NCBI GenBank assembly: GCA_011364925.1 | Contig: RDOA01000017.1 | Location: 1 to 64,000 of the forward strand | Direction: 5' to 3' | Source: Promethearchaeota archaeon | GTDB lineage: Archaea; Asgardarchaeota; Lokiarchaeia; Sigyniarchaeales; SOKP01 | DNA length: 64,000 nucleotides | Translations under genes and position numbers: made by a program | The notes under the pieces: generated by a model | Database searches by the model: none | The model's input: the letters and a program-made list of their open reading frames with translations, nothing else | Told to the model about the DNA's origin: nothing | Part shown: positions 20,537 to 29,670 of the stretch, in pieces | How the letters are laid out: the number at the start of each line of letters is the position of its first letter | Position numbering within the stretch: the first letter of the stretch is position 1

Positions 20537-20730
20537 AAATTTAATAATTTTTTTTTGATAAATTAAATATCTTACCTAATTAGTCAAAGAAAAATTATTT
20601 AAATGCAAACTAATCAGAAAATTTAAAAACAAATTTCTTGAGTTTCCAACTTCTTAAATCCTTAGCTCTAGATTTTTTAAGCTGTAAAAAAGAGTAAATG
20701 GAAGTGTTGCTATATTTCGTTAAAAAATGA

Positions 20731-21765
20731 TTACAAATTAACTAAACAATATTCCACAAATTTCATCGGCTCTAAAGCGCAACCGCTTGAATCAAGTCCA
20801 CCTAATTGTGTTATTAAATCTTCCTCGATGGAGTTACCTTGAAGCCAGAGGTCTTTCAACATCATCAGCGATTCCAATCCCCTGATTTGTCTTATTTTGT
20901 TATTTCCTAAATCTAACGTTTCTAAATTCTGCAGCGTCTCGAGACCTTTTATCGTGGAAATACTGTTTCCCGAGAGAAAAAGCTTGTTAAGGTTTGTTAA
21001 AGAATACAATCCACCGATTTCTGTAATATTATTGTCTTTTAAGTTTAACACGTGTAAATTTGTACATTTATCTAAGTGTTCTATTTTTTCTATTTTGTTT
21101 GCAGTAATCCATAAAGTTTCTAATTGAGTAAGTTTGTCCAATCCATTGACTTCTTTAATGTTATTGTCATTTAGATAAATTTCAGATAGATTTTCTAAAT
21201 GATCAAGACCTTGTATTTCAGATATTTGATTCCCTGCGAGATTTAAAACCTTCAAATTTTTTAAATGCGTAAGACCATTGACCTTCGAAAGCTGATTTCC
21301 GGCTAACCATAAGACTTCTAGATTCTGTAAAGCATCTAGTCCTTCTATTTCCGTAATCAGATTCCACGACAAATCTAACTTTTGAAGAGATTTTAATGAA
21401 TCAAACCCACTTAATCTAAGAATCTGGTTTCCTCTCAGGTATAATTCTTTCAATTCAGAGAGATGATCTAACCCACTTATCTCTCCAATTTGGTTGGATG
21501 CTAAATGCAGAATTTCTAATTTAGAGAGATTTTCTAGTCCCGAAATCTCAGTTAGGTTATTACTTCCACAATTTAGGACTTCTAGATTTTTAAGTTTCTC
21601 TAATCCGTGTAATTCGGTGATCTCGTTCGAACTAAGCTCTAAGTGCCTGATATCAAGTTTGTCTAAACCTTTAATTTCAGAAATATCTTGAATTTCCAAA
21701 AGACCAAGGTCTAAAAAGCCATCTTTAACTTCATACTTTATCTCCTTGTATTCTACTGCTCGCAT
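20731..21765 (-). CDS. Leucine-rich repeat protein (SDS22/internalin-like, 22-aa repeats)
   Basis: About 12 repeats of LxxLxLxxNxIxxIxGLxxLxx. Confidence 0.92.
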   Translation of the reverse strand: MRAVEYKEIKYEVKDGFLDLGLLEIQDISEIKGLDKLDIRHLELSSNEITELHGLEKLKNLEVLNCGSNNLTEISGLENLSKLEILHLASNQIGEISGLDHLSELKELYLRGNQILRLSGFDSLKSLQKLDLSWNLITEIEGLDALQNLEVLWLAGNQLSKVNGLTHLKNLKVLNLAGNQISEIQGLDHLENLSEIYLNDNNIKEVNGLDKLTQLETLWITANKIEKIEHLDKCTNLHVLNLKDNNITEIGGLYSLTNLNKLFLSGNSISTIKGLETLQNLETLDLGNNKIRQIRGLESLMMLKDLWLQGNSIEEDLITQLGGLDSSGCALEPMKFVEYCLVNL

Positions 21766-21945
21766 ATACTTCGCTTTAGGTAAAATTTTAATAGCAAATT
21801 AATAGGTGGCTTTGTGGATTATTATAACTTATTTTAAATAAATAGTTTTACATTATATTCATTAATTATTGCGATATCTCTCAAATATAGGGAATACCTA
21901 TTTCTTATAACTACAATTTTTAAAACTCATCTTAGGTTGTATTAT

Positions 21946-22065
21946 ATGATAAGAATGATATACTGCTTAAACTGTAGATCGATTAAACAAGGCTCAAAAG
22001 AAGGCTACTTTTTCTGTCATGTTTGCAATAAAGTAACCTACTTTTTTCCACTACAATTCAAGTGA
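21946..22065 (+). CDS. Unannotated 39-aa zinc-ribbon microprotein; possible C-terminal Sec if the TGA is recoded (then ending at TAA 22066-22068)
   Basis: Manual translation MIRMIYCLNCRSIKQGSKEGYFFCHVCNKVTYFFPLQFK-TGA-TAA with two CxxC motifs; too short for the ORF track. Confidence 0.55.
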   Translation: MIRMIYCLNCRSIKQGSKEGYFFCHVCNKVTYFFPLQFK

Positions 22066-22091
22066 TAAAACGCTTAATGATAGACTAAAAT

Positions 22092-22170
22092 GATTTTCCC
22101 TCTTAAGAATGAGCTACGCATAAAAAATTTAGATGCGTATCGACGACCTTGCTAGGGTTAGAGGGGAGTT
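22092..22170 (+). promoter_or_regulatory. Structured RNA element, SECIS-like (AUGA...GA core, 9-bp upper helix, A-rich apical loop)
   Basis: CCCU-cu-UAAG-a-AUGA-GcUACGCAU-AAAAAAUUUAG-AUGCGUAuC-GA-cgac-CUUG-cu-AGGG; alternative basal helix UUUCCCUCU/AGAGGGGAG. G-U pairs favour the + strand. Confidence 0.4.
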
Positions 22171-22203
22171 ACTTTCTTTTTCGATTCAAAATTCGTCTTT
22201 AAT

Positions 22204-23166
22204 TTATCTTAAATAGGATTCAATGTTTTCATCCATAATGCTTATCTCGTTAATAACTTTAGAAAACTCTTGAGAAGAAACGCCCTTAATATAGACTAAT
22301 TTGTTGGATAAATCATAATACTTCTTGTATACACCTTCAGGAGCAAAACCTTTCAACTTTGAACTGAAAGAATATAAGTTCGTATAGATCTCTTTATAAT
22401 CTCCTGTCAATAAATCACCTTCTCCGAGTTTATTCAGTGAAATTTTTAACGCATCCTGAATCCTCCTTAAATAAAAATTCAAGCGTAATTTTTGATCTTT
22501 AATCTCATTGACTAGTTTTTTTGCCATATTTTGGTATACTATAAAAACTTGCTCATCTTCTAACTTATCTGAAAGCTCTAAGACTTGTTTGCATAGAGAT
22601 AACTTACTTATCACATTTTTCTCGTTTTGAATTTTATTAACCAGATTTATTCTATCGTTTTCTAGTTCCTTTCTTTGCAATCTTATCTTTTCCGAAAATT
22701 TTCCTCGTTGTTCCCATACAGATTTTAAAAAATCTTTCTGTTTTTCTTCTAAGGCTTTAGTATCCAACACTTTTCTATGCGTAAGAGCTATCGTGTTAAT
22801 TTCTTTATCAAAACTTTCAAATTTCTCTGTTTTAATAAAGTCCACTGAGAACAAATCTTTATACTTCAAAACTAGTTCTTTAAAATCTGAACTCAACTTT
22901 TGAATTTCTTTTTTATCGCCTTTTTCAGCAATTATAACCATATCGATGTTAACCTCAATTATCCGTATTACAGAAGCTATTAACTTTCCAAGTCCAATTG
23001 TTTTTAATTCCTCTCTTGTATCCTCTGCGACTTTGGAAATAAAGATCTTTAAAGCTGAAAAGAAGGAACCAAACAAATCCATTTGAGAATCAATATTCGG
23101 TTGAAATTCTTTTTCATAGAGTAATTCTCCAGATTCCATTTGATATAAAAATAAGAAATAAAGCAT
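22204..23166 (-). CDS. Longin-like N-terminal domain + alpha-helical C-terminal domain
   Basis: FLFLYQMESGELLYEKEF...LFGSFFSALKIF is a longin/roadblock-like signature. Confidence 0.65.
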   Translation of the reverse strand: MLYFLFLYQMESGELLYEKEFQPNIDSQMDLFGSFFSALKIFISKVAEDTREELKTIGLGKLIASVIRIIEVNIDMVIIAEKGDKKEIQKLSSDFKELVLKYKDLFSVDFIKTEKFESFDKEINTIALTHRKVLDTKALEEKQKDFLKSVWEQRGKFSEKIRLQRKELENDRINLVNKIQNEKNVISKLSLCKQVLELSDKLEDEQVFIVYQNMAKKLVNEIKDQKLRLNFYLRRIQDALKISLNKLGEGDLLTGDYKEIYTNLYSFSSKLKGFAPEGVYKKYYDLSNKLVYIKGVSSQEFSKVINEISIMDENIESYLR

Positions 23167-23378
23167 CTATCCACCGATTGAAGTAATATGGGATTTGTTG
23201 ATCATAAATTTTATTTTTCCAAAAGTTAAATGATAATATAGTTCTGTCCCTATTTAAAAGGTTCCATCAACTAGACAAATTTGTTAAGTGTTTCACTAGA
23301 TTTTCCATAACTTTGCCAAAAACCTTATATTTATAGATTAATAGAGCTTAATTAACAGATATTAAGATTTAAGAGGGT

Positions 23379-24245
23379 TTGAAAACGGTAAGTTCTGACG
23401 AAGAAATCCAAGATGATCTAGAAGAAAAGATTGCTAAAGAAAAATTGTTAGGATTAACGAACATCAAGACTTCAGTAATTAACGGAATTGTCACTATTGA
23501 AGGGAGCATTATTTCGTTTTGGCAGAAAGCAAGAATCCTAACTATTACAAAAACAGTCGAAGGCGTAAAAGGCATTGTCAATAAACTAAAGATAAATCCT
23601 AGATCAGAGGTCATTAAAGATTTAATGAGTGAAGATCTCACTAACGAACGGTTACGCCACATCGTTGACGCGCATCTGTCTAAGATCGAATGTTACTTTG
23701 GACTCGTAGGAGTTTTGTCTGCCATTGTTTTTATAGTATTTTCTGCTCTCGTTACACCAGGATATAATCCTCTTGTGGACACAGTAAGTTCTTTAGGAAC
23801 TGGTATCGCAAAAACCCTGTTCAGCATTGGATTTGTTTCAAGCGGTAGTCTTACTATTCCTTTCATTCTCTACCTTGAGAAAACTTTAGTAGGAATAAAC
23901 GAATTTGTGCGAAGAATTGCTACAACCGTGGCAGTTATTAGCGCTGTAAGCGTTGCTTTGGTTGGAATCTTACCTGATCCGGATTATATTAATGTGTTTT
24001 TGGCTTTTCATGGAACTGTTGCTTTTAACGCGTTTTTTGGTTCAACTGCTACCATTATTCTCTACAGCTATTTAATGATGAAAAGCAAAGAATACAAAAT
24101 CTATCACATTCTACTAGGCTACGCAACAGGGATAGAGTTACTTCTACTCTTGATAATCTTCTTCAATCCATTAGTAGAATGGATTTTAACAATAAATATC
24201 ATGCTTTGGATACTTATAACATCTATAAAACTTATACTCAGCTAA
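23379..24245 (+). CDS. BON domain + DUF998-like 5TM membrane domain fusion
   Basis: IKTSVINGIVTIEG...VEGVKGIVNKLKI (BON); PGYNPLVDTVSSLG, LVGILP, FHGTVA (DUF998/Frag1-like). Confidence 0.7.
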   Translation: MKTVSSDEEIQDDLEEKIAKEKLLGLTNIKTSVINGIVTIEGSIISFWQKARILTITKTVEGVKGIVNKLKINPRSEVIKDLMSEDLTNERLRHIVDAHLSKIECYFGLVGVLSAIVFIVFSALVTPGYNPLVDTVSSLGTGIAKTLFSIGFVSSGSLTIPFILYLEKTLVGINEFVRRIATTVAVISAVSVALVGILPDPDYINVFLAFHGTVAFNAFFGSTATIILYSYLMMKSKEYKIYHILLGYATGIELLLLLIIFFNPLVEWILTINIMLWILITSIKLILS

Positions 24246-24297
24246 AAATAACCAAGAATCATTAAAAATTTAAGCAAATCCTTCTTTTTTTATTCCT

Positions 24298-25005
24298 ATG
24301 ACTGAAGCATTATACATGAAAGATTCCTACTTAAAACAATGGGACGCTCAAGTCGTTTCTGTGAAGGACGACAAATATATTGTCCTAGATAAAACCGCGT
24401 TCTACCCTAAAGGAGGAGGTCAACCATGGGACGAGGGCTATATCGTTAAAAACGGCGAAAAATTCAATGTTGTCTATGTAGGAAAGTTCTCGGGCGAAAT
24501 AAGTCACGAAGTAGATAAACCTGGATTAAAAGAAGGGGATACTGTGTCGTGCGAACTCGATTGGGATCGGCGATATACCTACATGCGATACCATACAGCT
24601 TGTCATCTCGTCTCAAATATCCTATATCGACGAGCTAACGCGAAAATCACGGGCAATCAAATTGAATTAGATAAAGCTCGAATGGATTTCTCTATGGAAG
24701 ATTACTCACCAGAAAAGTTGCAGGCATTTGTAGACGAATCAAACGAAATCATTAAAACAAACCTTCCAGTTACAATTGATACAATGTCTCGAGCAGCAGT
24801 CTTAGAAGAACCCGAACTCGCACGATTAGCTATGGGGTTACCTAAAAATTTACAAGAGTTCCGCATAGTAAAGATTGGCGATATCGATAAACAGGTCGAC
24901 GGTGGAACCCATATTAACAATCTTAACGAGATTGGGGAAATTGAGATGACCAAAACGGTAAACAAAGGTAAGAATAATAGGAGATTGTATTTCGTTATTA
25001 AATAA
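24298..25005 (+). CDS. alaX: Alanyl-tRNA editing protein AlaX-M
   Basis: LYMKDSY, FYPKGGGQPWD, MRYHTACHL (HxxxH), DGGTH, KGKNNRRLY. Confidence 0.93.
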   Translation: MTEALYMKDSYLKQWDAQVVSVKDDKYIVLDKTAFYPKGGGQPWDEGYIVKNGEKFNVVYVGKFSGEISHEVDKPGLKEGDTVSCELDWDRRYTYMRYHTACHLVSNILYRRANAKITGNQIELDKARMDFSMEDYSPEKLQAFVDESNEIIKTNLPVTIDTMSRAAVLEEPELARLAMGLPKNLQEFRIVKIGDIDKQVDGGTHINNLNEIGEIEMTKTVNKGKNNRRLYFVIK

Positions 25006-25050
25006 TTACAAGAATATTCTTTTTCTCTACTTCTGATTTTGAATTTTTTA

Positions 25051-25146
25051 GTTCCATTGCGATTCGGAACTCCCACGGAGGTTTCGTAATAAAAACTATA
25101 AATGGAACTGAAACATCATTTTATTTGATTTTCCATTTGAAAATCA
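25051..25146 (+). promoter_or_regulatory. Repeated promoter module, copy 1: GTTCC-N10-GGAAC-N10-GTTTC, BRE/TATA (aaaaactataaatg), 5'-UTR hairpin
   Basis: Half-sites at 25051, 25066, 25081; TATA near 25097; inverted repeat TGATTTTC-CATTT-GAAAATCA. Confidence 0.75.
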
Positions 25147-25168
25147 CATGAAAATTTAACAAAAAGAA

Positions 25169-25972
25169 TTGAGAAAAATGAAAAATTCAAAAAAAACCCA
25201 GCTATTAATTGTATCCGTTGTAGGAATCCTTTTGTTTAGCTTTCTTCCAACAGTACAAGGCTACGGTCGAAGAAGAACTAATATAAATATTCGACCTATC
25301 GAAGATTGGCTTGATAATAATCCATATGGTGCTGGAGCGTATTATATGACAGGATATGTAGGGAGTGATACAAACGATCATTATTACTGGACATGGTTTT
25401 TCGCAGTTACAGAGTTGTTTGAGGGTGAGGCATTTGAATATAGCGGTTATGTCAAGGAAAAAGTTTTGCTCGACGGAGCTATAGAGATTACCGTGAACTT
25501 GTATGTAAAAGATATGGCTGTAGAGTTATACGACAATAACGCTCCTGGTGATCCTATATGGACTTTTGATTACATGGGGCAAATAGTTTTCCAAGGCAGA
25601 ATCGATTACTATTTTCAAATAAAATTTACCCTTGACGCTGAATACGATGGTTACGCACCATTTGATATTGAACCTGGAACAAGAGAAGCAGGCTGTGCTC
25701 TCCCCTCTTCTGAGGCGATAATAGATATACCTGAACAGATGGGGATTCATTTAGAATCAATATTACTAATTGCAACAGGTGAAGGAAACACATTGATGCC
25801 AGGTTGGTATTGGTGGATGTACGATCCAGAAGATCCTACTACATTACCAGTACCAGATGGAGGAACCGCGAAATTATTCATGTTTCACTATGCTCACTTT
25901 GGACCAGATAATCCTTTAGTTTGGCCTTATGGATCATCAGGATTCAAGTTTGCCATAGTTAATCTTTACTAA
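25169..25972 (+). CDS. Secreted hypothetical protein rich in aromatic, acidic and Pro residues
   Basis: Basic N-terminus, hydrophobic core and PTVQG-Y signal peptide; many W/Y/P/D residues. Confidence 0.75.
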   Translation: MRKMKNSKKTQLLIVSVVGILLFSFLPTVQGYGRRRTNINIRPIEDWLDNNPYGAGAYYMTGYVGSDTNDHYYWTWFFAVTELFEGEAFEYSGYVKEKVLLDGAIEITVNLYVKDMAVELYDNNAPGDPIWTFDYMGQIVFQGRIDYYFQIKFTLDAEYDGYAPFDIEPGTREAGCALPSSEAIIDIPEQMGIHLESILLIATGEGNTLMPGWYWWMYDPEDPTTLPVPDGGTAKLFMFHYAHFGPDNPLVWPYGSSGFKFAIVNLY

Positions 25973-25997
25973 TAGGAGAGCGGAATAGGTAATAATT

Positions 25998-26112
25998 AGG
26001 AGAGATAATTTCATCGAGGGTCGAAATCTTTAATCAGCATATAGAACTGGAGAGAAAGCGGTTCGAATATAGCCTAACCGAAAAAATCTTCCTTTTCTAT
26101 ATTTTTTTTTTT
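25998..26112 (+). terminator. Repeated 3' structured element, copy 1 (short hairpin, long hairpin, T tract)
   Basis: ATATAGAA..TTCTATAT, GGAG/CTTCC and CGGTT/AACCG stems followed by T11; homologous to 26335..26449. Confidence 0.65.
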
Positions 26113-26162
26113 ACTTCATAACTATTATCCTGAACCTCTAGAAAGTGTTTTCACTCGTCATA

Positions 26163-26449
26163 GTTCCAATGTGATTCGGAACTTCCATGAATGTTCCAAA
26201 ATAAAAACTATATATGGAATTGAATCGTATATTTCTAGTGATTTTCCATTTTGAAATCACACGAGAATTTAACAATAAGAACTAAGAAAAAAGGTTTATC
26301 ACGGTAATTCACTCGGCAAAATATTTAATAAGTAAGGAGAGAAAATTTCAAAGAGGGTTGAAATCTTTTATCCGTATATAGAACTGGAGGCTGGAGGGAT
26401 TTGCGATGGCCTAGTCCGCACTTAACCTCCTTTTCTATATATCTTTTTT
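26163..26449 (+). ncRNA. ORF-less copy of the cassette (promoter copy 2, 5' hairpin, 3' hairpins): candidate ncRNA or deletion remnant
   Basis: GTTCC 26163, GGAAC 26178, GTTCC 26193; aaaaactatatatg; GTGATTT..AAATCAC. The start context ttgagaaaaatg of copy 1 is replaced by ctaagaaaaaag, and only ~40 nt separate the 5' and 3' homology blocks. Confidence 0.45.
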
Positions 26450-26554
26450 CTTATTCTTGTTAATTCTCACTACCACCACAAATATTAAATAGAAAATCGA
26501 TCTAATCTGATCATTAATCCAATTTTTATGCTATATTTTTAGAATAAAGAGATT

Positions 26555-28321
26555 TTGAATATGAGTACAGAGCATAAAACACCAAAGAAGAGAGATTCAT
26601 CAAAAAAAACCCTTAAAACTAAATTAAAAGAAATAAGAAAACCTCTTTTTGCTGGTAGTATAATCATTGTAGCAGCAGTAACTGGAATTATTGGAGGGTT
26701 TTTTTTTATTAATCAACCTCAAATTGTGGAGAAAGTTTTGATTTGTGGGACTCAAGACAATGTATTTAATTTAGATCCACTTTACGACCCTCATCTCCCC
26801 AGTATCAGATTAATTGACCAAGTTGCTGAAGGATTATTTGACTATGATCAATCTAAAGCAGAAACTCCGCTAATATATAACTTGGCAACAGAAGGGGAAT
26901 GGAGTCCCGACTACTTAAATTTTACATGCTCGCTAAGAAGAGGAGTTCAATTTCACGATGGAACTCCGTTTAATGCTGAAGCTGTTAAATGGAGTTTTGA
27001 CCGAATAAACAGATTTATGGAAATAATGCCTTACGATATAATCCGATACTGGGTTTATATGTATACTAATTCTGACGGTCACCCAATTATTAATAGAACC
27101 GAGGTTTTGGATACCTACACTGTAAGATTTGTATTAAATAAACCTTATATTCCTTTTCCAGATTTATTAACCGCTCGGTCATCCTATATATTATCACCAA
27201 CATCTACCCCATCTGATGAATTTATACCTTTAAATACTAACAACCTTATCGGAACTGGACCTTATAAACTATATTCTTGTATTAGTAATGTCCATGATAC
27301 TCAATACTATTATTGCTTCAATTCAACCTTAAAAGCTAATCGAAACTATTGGAATGGAGAACCGTATTTTGATAAAATAATATTTATACCATTGAGGTAT
27401 CTTAATCTCACGAAAGCGCTGGAGTCTGAACAACTTTCTTTTTCATTTATATTTGATCCTGAAACTCTTCAGATGTTTAAAGACACACCTGGGATGACGC
27501 TTCTTAATAAAACGGACTTAACTGTGGCGTTCATTGGAATGAATAACGATGTAATGAATGTAACGATGAGAAAAGCTATCTCGTATGCATTTAATTACAC
27601 TTATTATTTTGATGTATTAAATTACGGTGAACAATTTGTGGAGAGAGCAAGATCACCGCTTTCAAAAGAAATGCGTTACTCAAACTGGGAAGCTTTCAGT
27701 ATTCCTTACTATAATATTACATTAGCTAGACAGACGTTAATCAATGCAAATTGGAATGGAACAACTGGTTTAACCGCAAATGATGATACAAGCCCAGGAA
27801 ATCCTTGGGAACTAAAAGCTCTCAGTAATTTCCCTTTAGCAACTTATAATATTACATATCCTAATGATAGTTGGAGGATGGGAAATTATTCGCTTGAAAT
27901 AGCTAGAAATCTAAGACAAATCGGAGTAAAAGGGATACTTGATGCTGTCCCTCGATTGGAATGGTATTATAAAGGGTTGGCAGGTGAACTCGACTTCGAT
28001 TTAACAGGATATTATCCTACACTTAACGATCCTGTGGATATGCTAAATCCACAATATTCTAATAAAGGCGATGGTTCTTTTAATATAATTAATTTTAACG
28101 ATACTTTAGTTCAGCAATGGTTAGATGCTGCGATCGAAGAACCTAATACGATAGCTAGAAAGCAATATTACTATAATATTCAAGAACGCTTGATAGAAGA
28201 GCTTTATCCTTGTGTTTGGTTGGGGTCCCCAATAACAAATACAGCTTGGGATTCCAGGATAAAAGGGATGTCGTTTGAAGGAATATTTATAAAAATCCTA
28301 TATAAGCATGGGTATTACTAA
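26555..28321 (+). CDS. ABC-type peptide/nickel solute-binding protein (family 5), N-terminal TM anchor
   Basis: NLDP, EGLFDY, LRRGVQFHDGTPFNAEAVKWSFDR, IGTGPY, MRKAISYAFN. Confidence 0.9.
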   Translation: MNMSTEHKTPKKRDSSKKTLKTKLKEIRKPLFAGSIIIVAAVTGIIGGFFFINQPQIVEKVLICGTQDNVFNLDPLYDPHLPSIRLIDQVAEGLFDYDQSKAETPLIYNLATEGEWSPDYLNFTCSLRRGVQFHDGTPFNAEAVKWSFDRINRFMEIMPYDIIRYWVYMYTNSDGHPIINRTEVLDTYTVRFVLNKPYIPFPDLLTARSSYILSPTSTPSDEFIPLNTNNLIGTGPYKLYSCISNVHDTQYYYCFNSTLKANRNYWNGEPYFDKIIFIPLRYLNLTKALESEQLSFSFIFDPETLQMFKDTPGMTLLNKTDLTVAFIGMNNDVMNVTMRKAISYAFNYTYYFDVLNYGEQFVERARSPLSKEMRYSNWEAFSIPYYNITLARQTLINANWNGTTGLTANDDTSPGNPWELKALSNFPLATYNITYPNDSWRMGNYSLEIARNLRQIGVKGILDAVPRLEWYYKGLAGELDFDLTGYYPTLNDPVDMLNPQYSNKGDGSFNIINFNDTLVQQWLDAAIEEPNTIARKQYYYNIQERLIEELYPCVWLGSPITNTAWDSRIKGMSFEGIFIKILYKHGYY

Positions 28322-28386
28322 AAATCAATGATATTTTCCTGGATCCATATTTTTTTTAGTTTATTTGTATAGGACTTCCTACCTTT

Positions 28387-29394
28387 CTATGTAGGTTTAT
28401 TATATAGATTCCATTTATAGAAAAGATAATATGCATAACATTTTATTGAGATATTATAGTTGCTAACAGCCGGGAAATCATTAGAAACAAATTCATACCC
28501 CGAATCAGAATTGTAATTTGGAGTCCACCCATCTTCATTAAAGTAGTGTTCAAAATCACTGTAGGATCCACTAGTAAGATCCTTCGTTTTAATCCAAGCT
28601 CCCACGGTACTTACATCGTCATAGTACATGATAGTAGCATGATTTTCTAACGATTCTCCGTAACCTGTAATGTTTGCTCCCATTTCTATTGATTGGTCAA
28701 TCCGTATGTCGAATAATATCTCGTCTTCAATACTTTTTAGATACCAAAAGCTGTTGCGTATATATCGGGTATTATAGGATTGTAATATTACATCTCCTTG
28801 GGTAGTTTCCCCCGTAATATTCCCTCCGAGAATACAATTTTCTAAAATATAGACAATTTCCCCAAAGGTATTATTCACTTTTATACTATTAATCTCAACA
28901 TTAAATGGGACAGTAATTTTAAAATTACCCCTAAAAAGTTCAGCAAAAATATCAAAAATTATCCCTTTTTGTAAAGTTACAATTACTGAAACCGATTTTG
29001 TTAAAGTCTCTACAACGGTTTCAGTTATTCCTGGTGAAAGTTTCATTGTAAAGTTTATAGGTGAACTTGTTAAATCACCTTTAATAATGTTATAATAATC
29101 AGAGTACTCTTTACCAACCAATCCAGCACCCCCCATCCTAATATTTACCTCAATCTTAACCAAATAATCTACTGGAGGGTCTATATAATCGATTATAACA
29201 TTTCCATAATCAATATTTAGGTATAAACTCTCTCCATCTGAAGGACTGTCTGATAAATATTCGTAGACCAGTGTTTTATCAATTGAATCGTACGAAGAAA
29301 AACTAAAAGAGAGAACACTGAAGGGAATAGCTATAACAAGTCCGAAACCAATGATACTCATCAAAACGATGACATATAGTGTTCTTTTCAGCAT
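28387..29394 (-). CDS. Membrane-anchored beta-strand-repeat protein (DUF4097/adhesin-like)
   Basis: N-terminal TM; repeated x-x-G-x-I/V strands (NIDYGNVII, NNTFGEIVY, TTQGDVIL). Confidence 0.55.
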   Translation of the reverse strand: MLKRTLYVIVLMSIIGFGLVIAIPFSVLSFSFSSYDSIDKTLVYEYLSDSPSDGESLYLNIDYGNVIIDYIDPPVDYLVKIEVNIRMGGAGLVGKEYSDYYNIIKGDLTSSPINFTMKLSPGITETVVETLTKSVSVIVTLQKGIIFDIFAELFRGNFKITVPFNVEINSIKVNNTFGEIVYILENCILGGNITGETTQGDVILQSYNTRYIRNSFWYLKSIEDEILFDIRIDQSIEMGANITGYGESLENHATIMYYDDVSTVGAWIKTKDLTSGSYSDFEHYFNEDGWTPNYNSDSGYEFVSNDFPAVSNYNISIKCYAYYLFYKWNLYNKPT

Positions 29395-29540
29395 ATTACA
29401 ATTTATTCGAAATATTTCACGGAGCTCTATTTAATTCAATAGGATTTGTTTTTATTTAAAGTAATCACCTCCAACCAATGGAATAATATGGGGTGTATTA
29501 GGCAAGGATAATTACGCTTTTATTAGCTAATAACATTTTA

Positions 29541-29638
29541 ATTCCGTTGTAATTCGGAACTCCCACGAATGTTCCATTCTATAAACTATAAATGAGAGTA
29601 TAACAATTCTTAATATTGGTTATCTTTAGGATAATCAT
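29541..29638 (+). promoter_or_regulatory. Repeated promoter module, copy 3: ATTCC-N10-GGAAC-N10-GTTCC, TATA, 5' hairpin
   Basis: Half-sites at 29541, 29556, 29571; ataaactataaatg; TGGTTATC-TTTAG-GATAATCA. Confidence 0.72.
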
Positions 29639-29670
29639 TTTAAAAGAAAGCGAAATCTAAAAAAAAGAGT

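Noticed and set aside
22092-22170. Hammerhead ribozyme (three-way junction fold possible)
   Set aside because: The core reads AGAAUGA/GACG instead of the required CUGANGA/GAAA.
26395-26430. Fluoride riboswitch (GCGATGG)
   Set aside because: The downstream GTTCGCC pairing and the TAATGAC/pseudoknot elements are missing, and GCGATGG is not conserved in copy 1.
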